Positions 19,661 through 28,179 of a stretch of 64,000 bases of DNA are shown here, in pieces. The stretch's first letter is position 1. Every line of letters starts with the position of its first letter. Source of the DNA: a candidate division FCPU426 bacterium (GTDB lineage: Bacteria > Oederibacteriota > Muellerivitia > Muellerivitales > Muellerivitaceae). The stretch spans positions 128,001 to 192,000 of the forward strand of contig CAVTWJ010000022.1 in NCBI GenBank assembly GCA_963738405.1. Direction: 5' to 3'. Both the position numbers and the translations under genes were made by a program. A model generated the notes under the pieces. It ran no database searches, was not told the DNA's origin, and worked only from the letters and a program-made list of their open reading frames with translations.

Positions 19661-20797
19661 ATGAAAATACTTTTCGTATCCCACAGCTCGGTCATGCCCA
19701 CTTACCGGGAAAAGTTAAAGCTCCTCGCCCGTCGAAAAGACCTGGAGTTAATTCTGCTTTTGCCCTCTTCTTGGCCCGAAGCGGGACGCAAAATGGTATC
19801 CCAAGATCAGGAATCAAGCCTAGAGGGTTTTCAGATTATTTCCCGCCCCATCTGGCTGAAGGGCCGGATCAAACGGCATTTCTATCCGGGTTTCTTTAAA
19901 GTCGCCCTGCAGGTTCGCCCCGACATCATCCACATTGAGGAAGAACCCTACAGTTTGGTGGCCTGGCAGGCCGCCCAGGCCGCTAAAAGCTTGAAGGCTC
20001 GGTTGGTTTTTTTCACTTGGGAAAACCTTCTGGAAAAATTCGGCTTTCCCCACCAGGCCATACGCCGTTATGTGTTAAAAACAACAGAACACGCGATCGC
20101 GGGCGATCTGGAAGCGGGGCAGCTTCTCGAGAAGGCCGGTTACCCCCCCAAAAAAATATCCATCATTCCCCAATATGGCGTGAATCCTTCCCTGTTCCGC
20201 AAGAAGAAAGCGGCCAAGCTTAAGAAAGATTTGAAATTAGGCGCTTTCACCGTTGGATATATAGGACGCTTGGTCCCTGAAAAGGGCATTCAACATCTTT
20301 TGGAGGCCTTTGCCAGGCTGAAGGCCGGAAAAAACAGCCTTCTTATACTGGGAAACGGGCCCCTGCGGGACCACCTGTCGGCGCAAGCGATTCAACTTGG
20401 AATATCGGACAGGGTAAGGTGGATTCCCGCCATGGATCAAACACTTGTCCCCGATTACTTGAATTGCATGGATACCTTGGTTCTTCCTTCCCTGACCACG
20501 CCGAGATGGAAAGAACAATTCGGAAGGGTTTTGATCGAGGCCCAGGCCTGTGAAGTCCCGGTCGTCGGCTCTGATTCGGGCGCGATCCCCGAAGTCATCG
20601 GGAAGGCCGGCTTAGTATTTCCAGAGGCGAACGTAGAACAACTGGCCCAAAGGATCCAATCTTTGGTTAACTCTAAGACACTTCGGGAAAAATTGGGCAA
20701 ACTTGGCCGGAAACAAGTTTTAAAACATTACACGAATCAAATAATCGCCGACTCCATTTATGGAATTTATCGAAATCTTTTGAAAAGTACGGGTTGA
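19661..20797 (+). CDS. Glycosyltransferase family 4
   Basis: IHIEEEP, YIGRLVPEKG, WKEQFGRVLIEAQAC. Confidence 0.9.
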   Translation: MKILFVSHSSVMPTYREKLKLLARRKDLELILLLPSSWPEAGRKMVSQDQESSLEGFQIISRPIWLKGRIKRHFYPGFFKVALQVRPDIIHIEEEPYSLVAWQAAQAAKSLKARLVFFTWENLLEKFGFPHQAIRRYVLKTTEHAIAGDLEAGQLLEKAGYPPKKISIIPQYGVNPSLFRKKKAAKLKKDLKLGAFTVGYIGRLVPEKGIQHLLEAFARLKAGKNSLLILGNGPLRDHLSAQAIQLGISDRVRWIPAMDQTLVPDYLNCMDTLVLPSLTTPRWKEQFGRVLIEAQACEVPVVGSDSGAIPEVIGKAGLVFPEANVEQLAQRIQSLVNSKTLREKLGKLGRKQVLKHYTNQIIADSIYGIYRNLLKSTG

Positions 20798-20803
20798 TTT
20801 TAA

Positions 20804-22387
20804 ATGTTTCTCGAGAGGACTCGTAAAATGACTTGGGGCTTGTTAGAGAAACTCAAAAACAAAATAAGCTCTCCTTTTTGGGTTTTCGCTATTTTTTATT
20901 TGTTGTTCACCCTGTTCACGTTCCGAGATTACGGCATCACGGATGACGAATATGACTCCTATATCGGCGGGGCTTATCACCTCAAGCATTACTACAACCA
21001 CACCAGCCTCGAGGAATACAACCTCTTCACCGATGACAAGGCCACGCACAATTATATTTATCCCGCCTTCCTGCACATCCTCAGCCTTTTGATTGCTGAA
21101 AAGCTCCATTTTTTCAACATGCTCTTCGCTCTCTTGATCTATTGGGCCTTCTACCGAGTCCTATGGGAGGCATATGAAATACCCTGGTGGGCGCTTTTAG
21201 GACCTTTCTTCTTATTCTTAACCTTCAGATTTTCCGGGGATGTGCCGGCCAATCCCAAGGATGCCCCCTTTGCTGTCCTTTATTTTTTTAGTTTGGCTTG
21301 GATCTATATGGCGCGACTCAAACCCAGGGACCCTTTATGGGAATCGATCCTGCTCGGAAGCCTCGTCGGATGGACCGCCTCGGTCCGGGCCATCGGTTTG
21401 ACCCTGCTCCCTGTTTTAATCGGTTTTCGTTTTTATGAATACATTCTGGAAACAAGGGCGAAGGACCAAAGAGCGAGCCTATGGGCCTGGATTTCCAGGG
21501 AAGGGCCCGGTTTCTTGACGGTATTTTTGGTTTCACAATTCTGGATGGCGGCCCTTTGGCCCTATTTAGGGAGTAATTACTTCGGGCATATCCTGAATGT
21601 TTACCTTTTGGCTAAAAATTATCCCTGGCTCGGACCCATATTGTTCATGGGACAAAATATTTCGACTCTGCAGCTTCCCTGGTTTTACATTCCACTCTAT
21701 CTTTTGATTACTTCTCCCTTGTTCCTCATCGCCTTTGGAGTCGTATCACCCTTTTTACTCAAAACTAAGGCCGCCTCAAAAGAAAGACGGCTGTTCGTTC
21801 TATTCGGTTCGGCCTTCTTGTTCAACCTCGCTCTTTACGTCCTGATCAAGCCGGTCGTTTACAACGCGCTGAGGCACTACCTGTTCCTTGTCCCGATCCT
21901 ATGCCTTTTGGGGACCCTTGGATTGATCGAGTTTTTCTATGGTAAAAGCGGCCTGGGAATGAAAAAAACGGTAGCGGCCCTCGTCGGTCTGAACATTCTT
22001 TTAGTAATCGTGGAATTGTTCCGTCTTTACCCTTACCAATATGCCTATTTCAACGAGTTGGTTGGAGGATTCAAAGGCGCGACGGGACGCTTCGAACAAG
22101 AATATTGGGCCGCCAATTACCGGGAGGCCGTTTTATGGATTCGAAATAACGAGGCCACCGACCCGAATAAAATCTATCGAGTTAAAATTCAAGGTACCCC
22201 TTGGCAGTCGCTTTATTACTTCGGACCCAATATGAAGGGGGATGTCAGCATGACGGACCCCGAGTACGAAATAACGGAAGATCCACCCGTCCTATTTGAG
22301 AAAGAAAAACCCTCCCGGGAAATCATTCATATCGTTGAACGGGAAGGCGTTCCGCTTTCCTATATCTTGAAATACGGGCAAAAATAA
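20804..22387 (+). CDS. GT-C (GT39/PMT-like) membrane glycosyltransferase
   Basis: DYGITDDE first-loop motif, NPKDAPF, many TMs, YPYQYAYFNELVGG. Confidence 0.75.
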   Translation: MFLERTRKMTWGLLEKLKNKISSPFWVFAIFYLLFTLFTFRDYGITDDEYDSYIGGAYHLKHYYNHTSLEEYNLFTDDKATHNYIYPAFLHILSLLIAEKLHFFNMLFALLIYWAFYRVLWEAYEIPWWALLGPFFLFLTFRFSGDVPANPKDAPFAVLYFFSLAWIYMARLKPRDPLWESILLGSLVGWTASVRAIGLTLLPVLIGFRFYEYILETRAKDQRASLWAWISREGPGFLTVFLVSQFWMAALWPYLGSNYFGHILNVYLLAKNYPWLGPILFMGQNISTLQLPWFYIPLYLLITSPLFLIAFGVVSPFLLKTKAASKERRLFVLFGSAFLFNLALYVLIKPVVYNALRHYLFLVPILCLLGTLGLIEFFYGKSGLGMKKTVAALVGLNILLVIVELFRLYPYQYAYFNELVGGFKGATGRFEQEYWAANYREAVLWIRNNEATDPNKIYRVKIQGTPWQSLYYFGPNMKGDVSMTDPEYEITEDPPVLFEKEKPSREIIHIVEREGVPLSYILKYGQK

Positions 22388-22420
22388 GTTTTCCAGACCT
22401 GGGTTGGAAAAGTATTCGGA

Positions 22421-22690
22421 CTAACTTTTCGCGGTTTCCCATCGTTCGAGGGTATAAACCTTATTCGCCATCAGCTTGGCTAGGAAGCGGGGGAATTTCA
22501 TCCCGATCATCCTAAGCCGCAGGTCCTCATGCATCATTTCCACGGTCATCTTGGGATCGGTAAAGGCCCCAAACCGGTAGCAACGCCGGCAGTAGGTGCC
22601 GGTTAAAATGCCGTTGCTTTCGGTTCCGTTTTCATAATCACTCAAAATGGGAAGGGCGCAGCTTTGGCAAACCGTTTTGGTATTTTTCAA
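22421..22690 (-). CDS. Zinc-ribbon domain protein
   Basis: CQSCALP...GTE...YCRRCY..G.FT...LERW. Confidence 0.8.
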   Translation of the reverse strand: MKNTKTVCQSCALPILSDYENGTESNGILTGTYCRRCYRFGAFTDPKMTVEMMHEDLRLRMIGMKFPRFLAKLMANKVYTLERWETAKS

Positions 22691-23043
22691 GAAACCACGA
22701 CAGGTTCGGGAACCGCGTCTGTTCCCTCCACCGGCAAACCCGCCCTATACCATTCCCTCATACCCCCGGGGTAATTCAGGGCTTTGTGTCCGCGATCCTC
22801 CAAGGCCTTTGCCGCCAAAAAACTGTCCAAAAGGCCGAAATGGTCGCCGTACAAGATGAAGGATTTCCCCTTCCCGTATTTGTCTTCAACTTCCTTAGTA
22901 AAAGTAACGGGGTCGTCCGCAAAGGGATGGCTTTCCGAGCCCTTGATATGCATTTTTTTGTAATCACTCTTTGGCAGAATATTGAGAACAACGGTTTTTT
23001 CGTCTTTCATGCTTTCAATCACATTTTCTTTGTCGATCTTCAT
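22687..23043 (-). CDS. Rhodanese-like domain protein lacking the catalytic Cys
   Basis: HIKGS, YPGGMREW...GLPVE; active-site position reads ILYGD. Confidence 0.8.
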   Translation of the reverse strand: MKIDKENVIESMKDEKTVVLNILPKSDYKKMHIKGSESHPFADDPVTFTKEVEDKYGKGKSFILYGDHFGLLDSFLAAKALEDRGHKALNYPGGMREWYRAGLPVEGTDAVPEPVVVS

Positions 23044-23208
23044 GTTGGGACTTCCTTTCGGGACGTAGACGAAGGGCGAGAAAACTCGATGAATCGCGGA
23101 GGAACTCGTGTCGAATAGGTCGGCCTTAACTATAGGGCTTATCAGTCAAATAAAGGAATAAATCGCAGAGGGATGCGTATCAAAATGAGAAGGCTCTTCC
23201 TGTGTTCT

Positions 23209-23730
23209 TTACCAGGGTTGGATGGGGGGCTGGCTGCTAGCAGGGTTATCCAAAGCCGGAGCCGAACGGGAGAGAATCTTGAACGAATCAAAAAACTTCG
23301 ATGCGGAATTATTATCAAAATCCTTCGGACCCGAGGCCACTTCCAGGCTATAGAGGCAGGGTTTAGCCAGGATCAACCGTCCCATTACTACGTGTTTGGA
23401 AGTAATAATCCGGTACTCACAAGCCTCGTTATTCTGGAATTTGAAGAATTTTCGGCCATCCAATTGGCCATGAAGCCCATCCGCCAAATCTTCCAGGGTT
23501 TGGGAGAAATAATCCTTTGGGCTTATGGGAAAATCCCCGAGTCTTTTACAAGTAACGTTATAGGCCCGTTTTTGGGGATCAATGGAGACCCAAACCAGGT
23601 TACCTCCTATTTTCCTGGGAGATTCCGGCAACAGGACCGAAAAGGGGCCTGGGTTGAATGATTGCCATTCGGCAAGAAGACTGCCGGGATAAAGGGTCAA
23701 GAGGAACGCAACCAATAGAATCTTTTTCAT
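23209..23730 (-). CDS. Exported hypothetical protein
   Basis: Signal peptide MKKILLVAFLLTLYPGSLLA; FSVLLP...FFDSFKI. Confidence 0.7.
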   Translation of the reverse strand: MKKILLVAFLLTLYPGSLLAEWQSFNPGPFSVLLPESPRKIGGNLVWVSIDPQKRAYNVTCKRLGDFPISPKDYFSQTLEDLADGLHGQLDGRKFFKFQNNEACEYRIITSKHVVMGRLILAKPCLYSLEVASGPKDFDNNSASKFFDSFKILSRSAPALDNPASSQPPIQPW

Positions 23731-23767
23731 CCGGCGCTGTCCTAATGTTTATTAAAAACCGGCTCTT

Positions 23768-24202
23768 TCAGGCTTTCGATGCCGGAATCAGAAAAAAAGA
23801 TTTTCGAACCTTGATCCAATGGAAAACCAATCCGATCCCCCAACCCAGGATCGGCCATTTTGACCACCCCACTGCTCCGCTGTGACTCAAGTCGAACAAT
23901 ATTAACCCCGCATTCACCGCCGCATAGATCAACAAATGCCGTAAAAACCCGTATCTCAAATGATCGTTTGATAAACCCTGGGGCGCCCCGGTTTTAAGAC
24001 CGACGGAAGCATTCAACTTGGCTACATCCACGCCTAATGCCGATGCCATCGCCATACGGGTCTCAGGTGCGGCGTTTCCATCCGATTCGACTCTTTGAAT
24101 GGTGCGTAAACTTAACCCAGCGGCCTCCGCCAGATGTTCCTGCGACCAGGATTTTTCTTCGCGAAGACGTTTCAGAATAGCGGCGTTTATTTTGATTTCC
24201 AT
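23768..24202 (-). CDS. XRE helix-turn-helix regulator with C-terminal 2TM domain
   Basis: LREEKSWSQEHLAEAAGLSLRTIQRVE; HLLIY...WPILGWGIGLVFH; SD AAGGAG before ATG 24202. Confidence 0.88.
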   Translation of the reverse strand: MEIKINAAILKRLREEKSWSQEHLAEAAGLSLRTIQRVESDGNAAPETRMAMASALGVDVAKLNASVGLKTGAPQGLSNDHLRYGFLRHLLIYAAVNAGLILFDLSHSGAVGWSKWPILGWGIGLVFHWIKVRKSFFLIPASKA

Positions 24203-24267
24203 TAAGGTATCTCCTTGGTAAAGATAAAGACTTGCCACAATTGTCTTATCAAAACCGGGTCTAAACC

Positions 24268-24295
24268 ACGCCAAACACACGCCAGTTTTACGACT
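24268..24295. promoter_or_regulatory. Phased 11-bp direct repeats upstream of the XRE gene (candidate operator)
   Basis: ACGCCA at 24268 and 24279, ACGACT at 24290. Confidence 0.45.
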
Positions 24296-24318
24296 TTCGA
24301 TTTCTGACGATTTCACCC

Positions 24319-25488
24319 CTACAAATAAGGGTTCAAAACTCTCAGAACATCACCCGGTTGTATGGGTTCCAAGCACTCATGCTTACGGTTGCAAGCCGAA
24401 AGGGAGCATGGACTACAGGGAACATCACAATGAAGAACTCGAACCTTATTTTCCCGGCCCAAAGTCCAGGGGCCCCAGCGCCGCAGATCATTCACCCCGC
24501 TATAGATCAAGACGCTGGGGGTTCCCAATGCCACCGCTAGGTGCGCAGGCCCTGAATCAAGCCCCACATAGGCCTTGGCCCTCAACAGCAAGGCGGCCAA
24601 TTCTTCCAAACTGGTTTTTCCACAGAAGTTAAGAATGGAGCCTTTTACCAAAGATGTGATTTTAACGATTTTTTCAACATCCTCGCCCGCTCCAATCACC
24701 ACCACTTTTAGGTTGGGCTTTTTCGTCACTTTTTCGATAAGTTCCACGAATTTCTCAGGCGCCCATTCTTTTGAGGAATATCCCGCTGTGACCTGAAAAA
24801 TCACGAGCCCCATTCCCTTCCGAACGCCGTTTCGAGCCAATAAATCATCAACCTTTTTTTGAACTCCCGGGGAAACCGCCATGACCTCAAAAGAACCGGC
24901 CTTCAGGTCTGAATTGAAAAATCTCAGCAAATCGAGATTTCTTTCCACCTCGTGCCGGGAAGGATTCAAAGCTTGTTCATGGGTTAAAAGAAATCCGGCC
25001 CCCATTCCTCCGTAGCCCAGCCGCAAAGGAATGCCTGAGAATGCCATCCAGAAAATGTGCCGTAAATCGCCCCGAAAATCAAAACCGATCTCAAAAGCTT
25101 GTTCCTTCATCCATTTTTGGATTTCCCAAAAAGCGGACCATGCAAAATTTCGAGGCACAGGCCGGTCAAACCAAGGCGCCCGAAATAATTTCACCTCATC
25201 CACCCACTTCCCTTTTCGCACAAAAGAAGAAGCCCAAGGACCGGCCAAAAGGGTAATGCGGGCTTTTGGGAAAAGGCGGCGCGCCTCCCGAAGAGCCGGA
25301 AGAATAAAGAGTCCATCCCCCATGTGATCAAGGCGAATCAGTAATATATTTTTATAAAGTTTTGGACTTTTCAGCGAAGGTTGTTTTTGAAAACCGGCGA
25401 AGGCACTCTTCAACGCGTACCCCAATAAATCAAACAAACCCACTAATAGCTTCACCAGTTTTCTTTTATATACGTACTCGCCGATCAT
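24319..25488 (-). CDS. Glycosyltransferase family 9 (heptosyltransferase-like)
   Basis: IRLDHMGD, HEVERN, KEW, DSGPAHLA, CSPC. Confidence 0.9.
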   Translation of the reverse strand: MIGEYVYKRKLVKLLVGLFDLLGYALKSAFAGFQKQPSLKSPKLYKNILLIRLDHMGDGLFILPALREARRLFPKARITLLAGPWASSFVRKGKWVDEVKLFRAPWFDRPVPRNFAWSAFWEIQKWMKEQAFEIGFDFRGDLRHIFWMAFSGIPLRLGYGGMGAGFLLTHEQALNPSRHEVERNLDLLRFFNSDLKAGSFEVMAVSPGVQKKVDDLLARNGVRKGMGLVIFQVTAGYSSKEWAPEKFVELIEKVTKKPNLKVVVIGAGEDVEKIVKITSLVKGSILNFCGKTSLEELAALLLRAKAYVGLDSGPAHLAVALGTPSVLIYSGVNDLRRWGPWTLGRENKVRVLHCDVPCSPCSLSACNRKHECLEPIQPGDVLRVLNPYL

Positions 25489-25507
25489 CCTGCGTCCTTA
25501 TGGGCCA

Positions 25508-26623
25508 TTACTGCTTCACAGCTACGCGTTGAAACACTTCCAATGTTTGGCGGGCCGCCTTTTCCCAGGAAAACTCCTTAGCTCTTTCCAGCCCCCGATC
25601 CCGGAGCTTTCGCCGCTCATCCGGCTCCTGAATAATGCGGTCCATGGCTTTCATGATATCCGTGGTTTGAAGGGGATCGACCAGTATTCCAGCGTCTCCC
25701 AATACCTCGGGAATCGCAGAAACATTGGACGAGATGACCGGGCACCCGCAGGCCATGGCCTCGATCAGGGGAAGGCCGAAACCCTCGTCCAGCGATGGAA
25801 AAACCAGCGCCTCGGCGCCAGCCAAGAGGATCGGCATATCCTCCAGTGGGATATACCCGGTCAACAACACCTGCTGCTCCAGGCCCAGCTTGGCGATCAA
25901 GGCCACGATTTCATCGTAGGACTCTCCTCTTTTGCCCGTGATCACCAGTTTCAAAGGATGATTCGGTTCCTTTTTCCGCAATAGGTCGAATGCCTCGATC
26001 AGGCGTATCAAGTTTTTCCGGTACCAGAGCAAACTGCTGGTATTGATAAAATAGGGGGAATCCAACGAATATTTTTTCCTGATCTCCGCAACCCGCCCTT
26101 CCTCCGCCGGTCGAAAAATGTCCTGATCGTACCCGAGATGCGTCACCGTGATCTTTTCGGGCGGCACTTTACAATGCTTGAGAATGTTGCGCTTGGTTTC
26201 ATCCGAAACCGAAAGAATGGCGTCAGCGGCCGGAATGTAATAATGCGTCGTCAGCCAGAAGTGCACTTTTCCGTCAAAAGAAATGCGTTCGGGAAAGATG
26301 AGGCCCATTAAGTCATGGCAGGTCATGACAGTTTTCGGTTTGAAGGGAATGGGTACGAATTCCTTGGTTACAAATAAAAGGTCGTAGCCCCCGAAGATAA
26401 ACTCGAAGGGCAGGCGCAGAAAGGACCAGAATTTCGGAAACTTCAATATCTTTACCTTGAAGTTCGGCGCTTCGATATCGTGGGAAAGGGGAACATTCGA
26501 ATAGATGACGTACTCGTTCACCGAATCAATCTTGGCCAAAGCCTTAAGGATGTTATAGCTGTAAACCCCAATACCGTTGAGCTGGGTCTCGCTTAATACC
26601 TTCGCGTGAACTGCGATTTTCAT
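25508..26623 (-). CDS. Glycosyltransferase family 4
   Basis: CHDL, RKNL, EGFGLPLIEAMACG. Confidence 0.9.
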   Translation of the reverse strand: MKIAVHAKVLSETQLNGIGVYSYNILKALAKIDSVNEYVIYSNVPLSHDIEAPNFKVKILKFPKFWSFLRLPFEFIFGGYDLLFVTKEFVPIPFKPKTVMTCHDLMGLIFPERISFDGKVHFWLTTHYYIPAADAILSVSDETKRNILKHCKVPPEKITVTHLGYDQDIFRPAEEGRVAEIRKKYSLDSPYFINTSSLLWYRKNLIRLIEAFDLLRKKEPNHPLKLVITGKRGESYDEIVALIAKLGLEQQVLLTGYIPLEDMPILLAGAEALVFPSLDEGFGLPLIEAMACGCPVISSNVSAIPEVLGDAGILVDPLQTTDIMKAMDRIIQEPDERRKLRDRGLERAKEFSWEKAARQTLEVFQRVAVKQ

Positions 26624-26697
26624 GGATCAAGTCCCATTAATGGATTGGACCGATAAAGAATGGTCATTTTACAGGGACCCTCGAGGTAAAATCAGGT

Positions 26698-28164
26698 TCA
26701 ATCCGTCGCTTCTTCGCTTTTTCCCGAGAGGATCTGTTTCAGGACCGAGGTCAAGTTGTTGCGCTTCCACATCCAGGGCACCCATAGGGCGGGAAAAGCC
26801 GCTCCCAGCAGGATGGCCGGCATCCACCATTCCCTCACCAGCAACGCATGGACACCCAGCATCCATCCCAACCCTGAAATTAAACCCGCCCCCATCACGC
26901 CCAGATGGAGGGGCCCGAACCGTTTGAAATGGGCCCGGACATACAGCAGGGCGCAGGGAACATTCAATAAATGGGCCACGGGCCAGGTGATCGGCCCCAG
27001 GCTGTGGGCGAAAGAAAACATGGCGCTCGCGAAGATCACCGCCGCCAGAAGGTTTTGTTTCAAGACCAGCTTGTTCAATCCCCCGGCCAGGGCCGAAGAA
27101 TTAAAGATGGTGAAAAGGCCTACCAAAAGATTCGGTAAAACGCCCCAGAGCAAAACCTCAGCCGTCGGGCTCCAGTCCTTTCCATATAATCGAGGCACCC
27201 AAAGGGAGGCGGTGGCCCCCAGCCCAAAATAAACTGGCACATAGGCCATCAAAAGAAGGCCCAGCATCCTTTCCGCCAGGCGGTTCAGCCGCTCCGGTTC
27301 GCCCTGGAGCCTGGCAAAAGAGGCGAGGGAGATGCGCTGAACGATCCCGGTGATGAAACCCATGGTTCCCAGAAGGCTGTAGGCCATGTTGGCGAAAGCG
27401 AACTGGGAAGAGCCTGTCATTTTCACCAGAATGGCCGAGGGGATCAAAATAGTGATCCAATTCACCAATTGACTGCTGACCAGTGGGAGAATTTTTCCCA
27501 GTGAAAGCTTGAGCCATTTCCAATCGGTCTGGAAAGAGGGGAAAAAACCGGAGAGGAGGGACGAGAGCACCGCGGGCACGATCCCCCGGATCACCAGGGC
27601 CAGAGCCAGCCCCTTGACGCCCCATCCCATGTAAACCAAGCCGACTGCCAAAAGGTTGAACACGACCGGGTCGGAAACCTCGATCAAACCCACTTTGGTG
27701 TAAACCAGCTTGCGCTCCAGCATGGACACCGAGAGGGACTGGAAACTGTAGCCGAACACCCCGACCGCCGCGGCAAGAAGAAGAATCGTGAAATCTCCCG
27801 CAGAGGCCCCCACATACCATTGAGGCACACCCAGGAAAATGGCCGTTGCTGCCAGGGTCAAAAGACCCAGGGCCAGGGCGCTCTGGAACCAGAAACAGGT
27901 GGAAAGCTTTCGTTGGTCCGGGCTTTCAGGCTGCTGTATCAGGTAGGTAGAAACCGTGAAATCGATGATCTGTCGGCCGATGATGAAATAGGTGTAAGTG
28001 GTGAAATAGAGGCCCATTTTTTCCGGACCCACGATGCGGTTAAGGGCGATCCCGCCCAGGAAATTGGCGATGAAGGCGAATCCATGCCGGAATAAAAGAA
28101 TGCCTCCGCTTTTGGCGGCTTTGTGCTCGATGCGATGGGTTAAATCAGGTGATTCTTTGGGCAT
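26698..28164 (-). CDS. Second Wzx-type flippase
   Basis: RIVGPEKMGLY, LERKL, GWGVKGLA, 12 or more TMs. Confidence 0.8.
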   Translation of the reverse strand: MPKESPDLTHRIEHKAAKSGGILLFRHGFAFIANFLGGIALNRIVGPEKMGLYFTTYTYFIIGRQIIDFTVSTYLIQQPESPDQRKLSTCFWFQSALALGLLTLAATAIFLGVPQWYVGASAGDFTILLLAAAVGVFGYSFQSLSVSMLERKLVYTKVGLIEVSDPVVFNLLAVGLVYMGWGVKGLALALVIRGIVPAVLSSLLSGFFPSFQTDWKWLKLSLGKILPLVSSQLVNWITILIPSAILVKMTGSSQFAFANMAYSLLGTMGFITGIVQRISLASFARLQGEPERLNRLAERMLGLLLMAYVPVYFGLGATASLWVPRLYGKDWSPTAEVLLWGVLPNLLVGLFTIFNSSALAGGLNKLVLKQNLLAAVIFASAMFSFAHSLGPITWPVAHLLNVPCALLYVRAHFKRFGPLHLGVMGAGLISGLGWMLGVHALLVREWWMPAILLGAAFPALWVPWMWKRNNLTSVLKQILSGKSEEATD

Positions 28165-28179
28165 TTTACTTCCCCGCGT

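Noticed and set aside
22421..24316. Integron cassette array
   Set aside because: No attC-like RYYYAAC...GTTRRRY palindromes and no integrase; two genes overlap
26646..26693. ATTTTAC...GTAAAAT inverted repeat before GT4 26623
   Set aside because: Only 7-bp arms, single occurrence; may simply be a -10 box, too weak to call an operator
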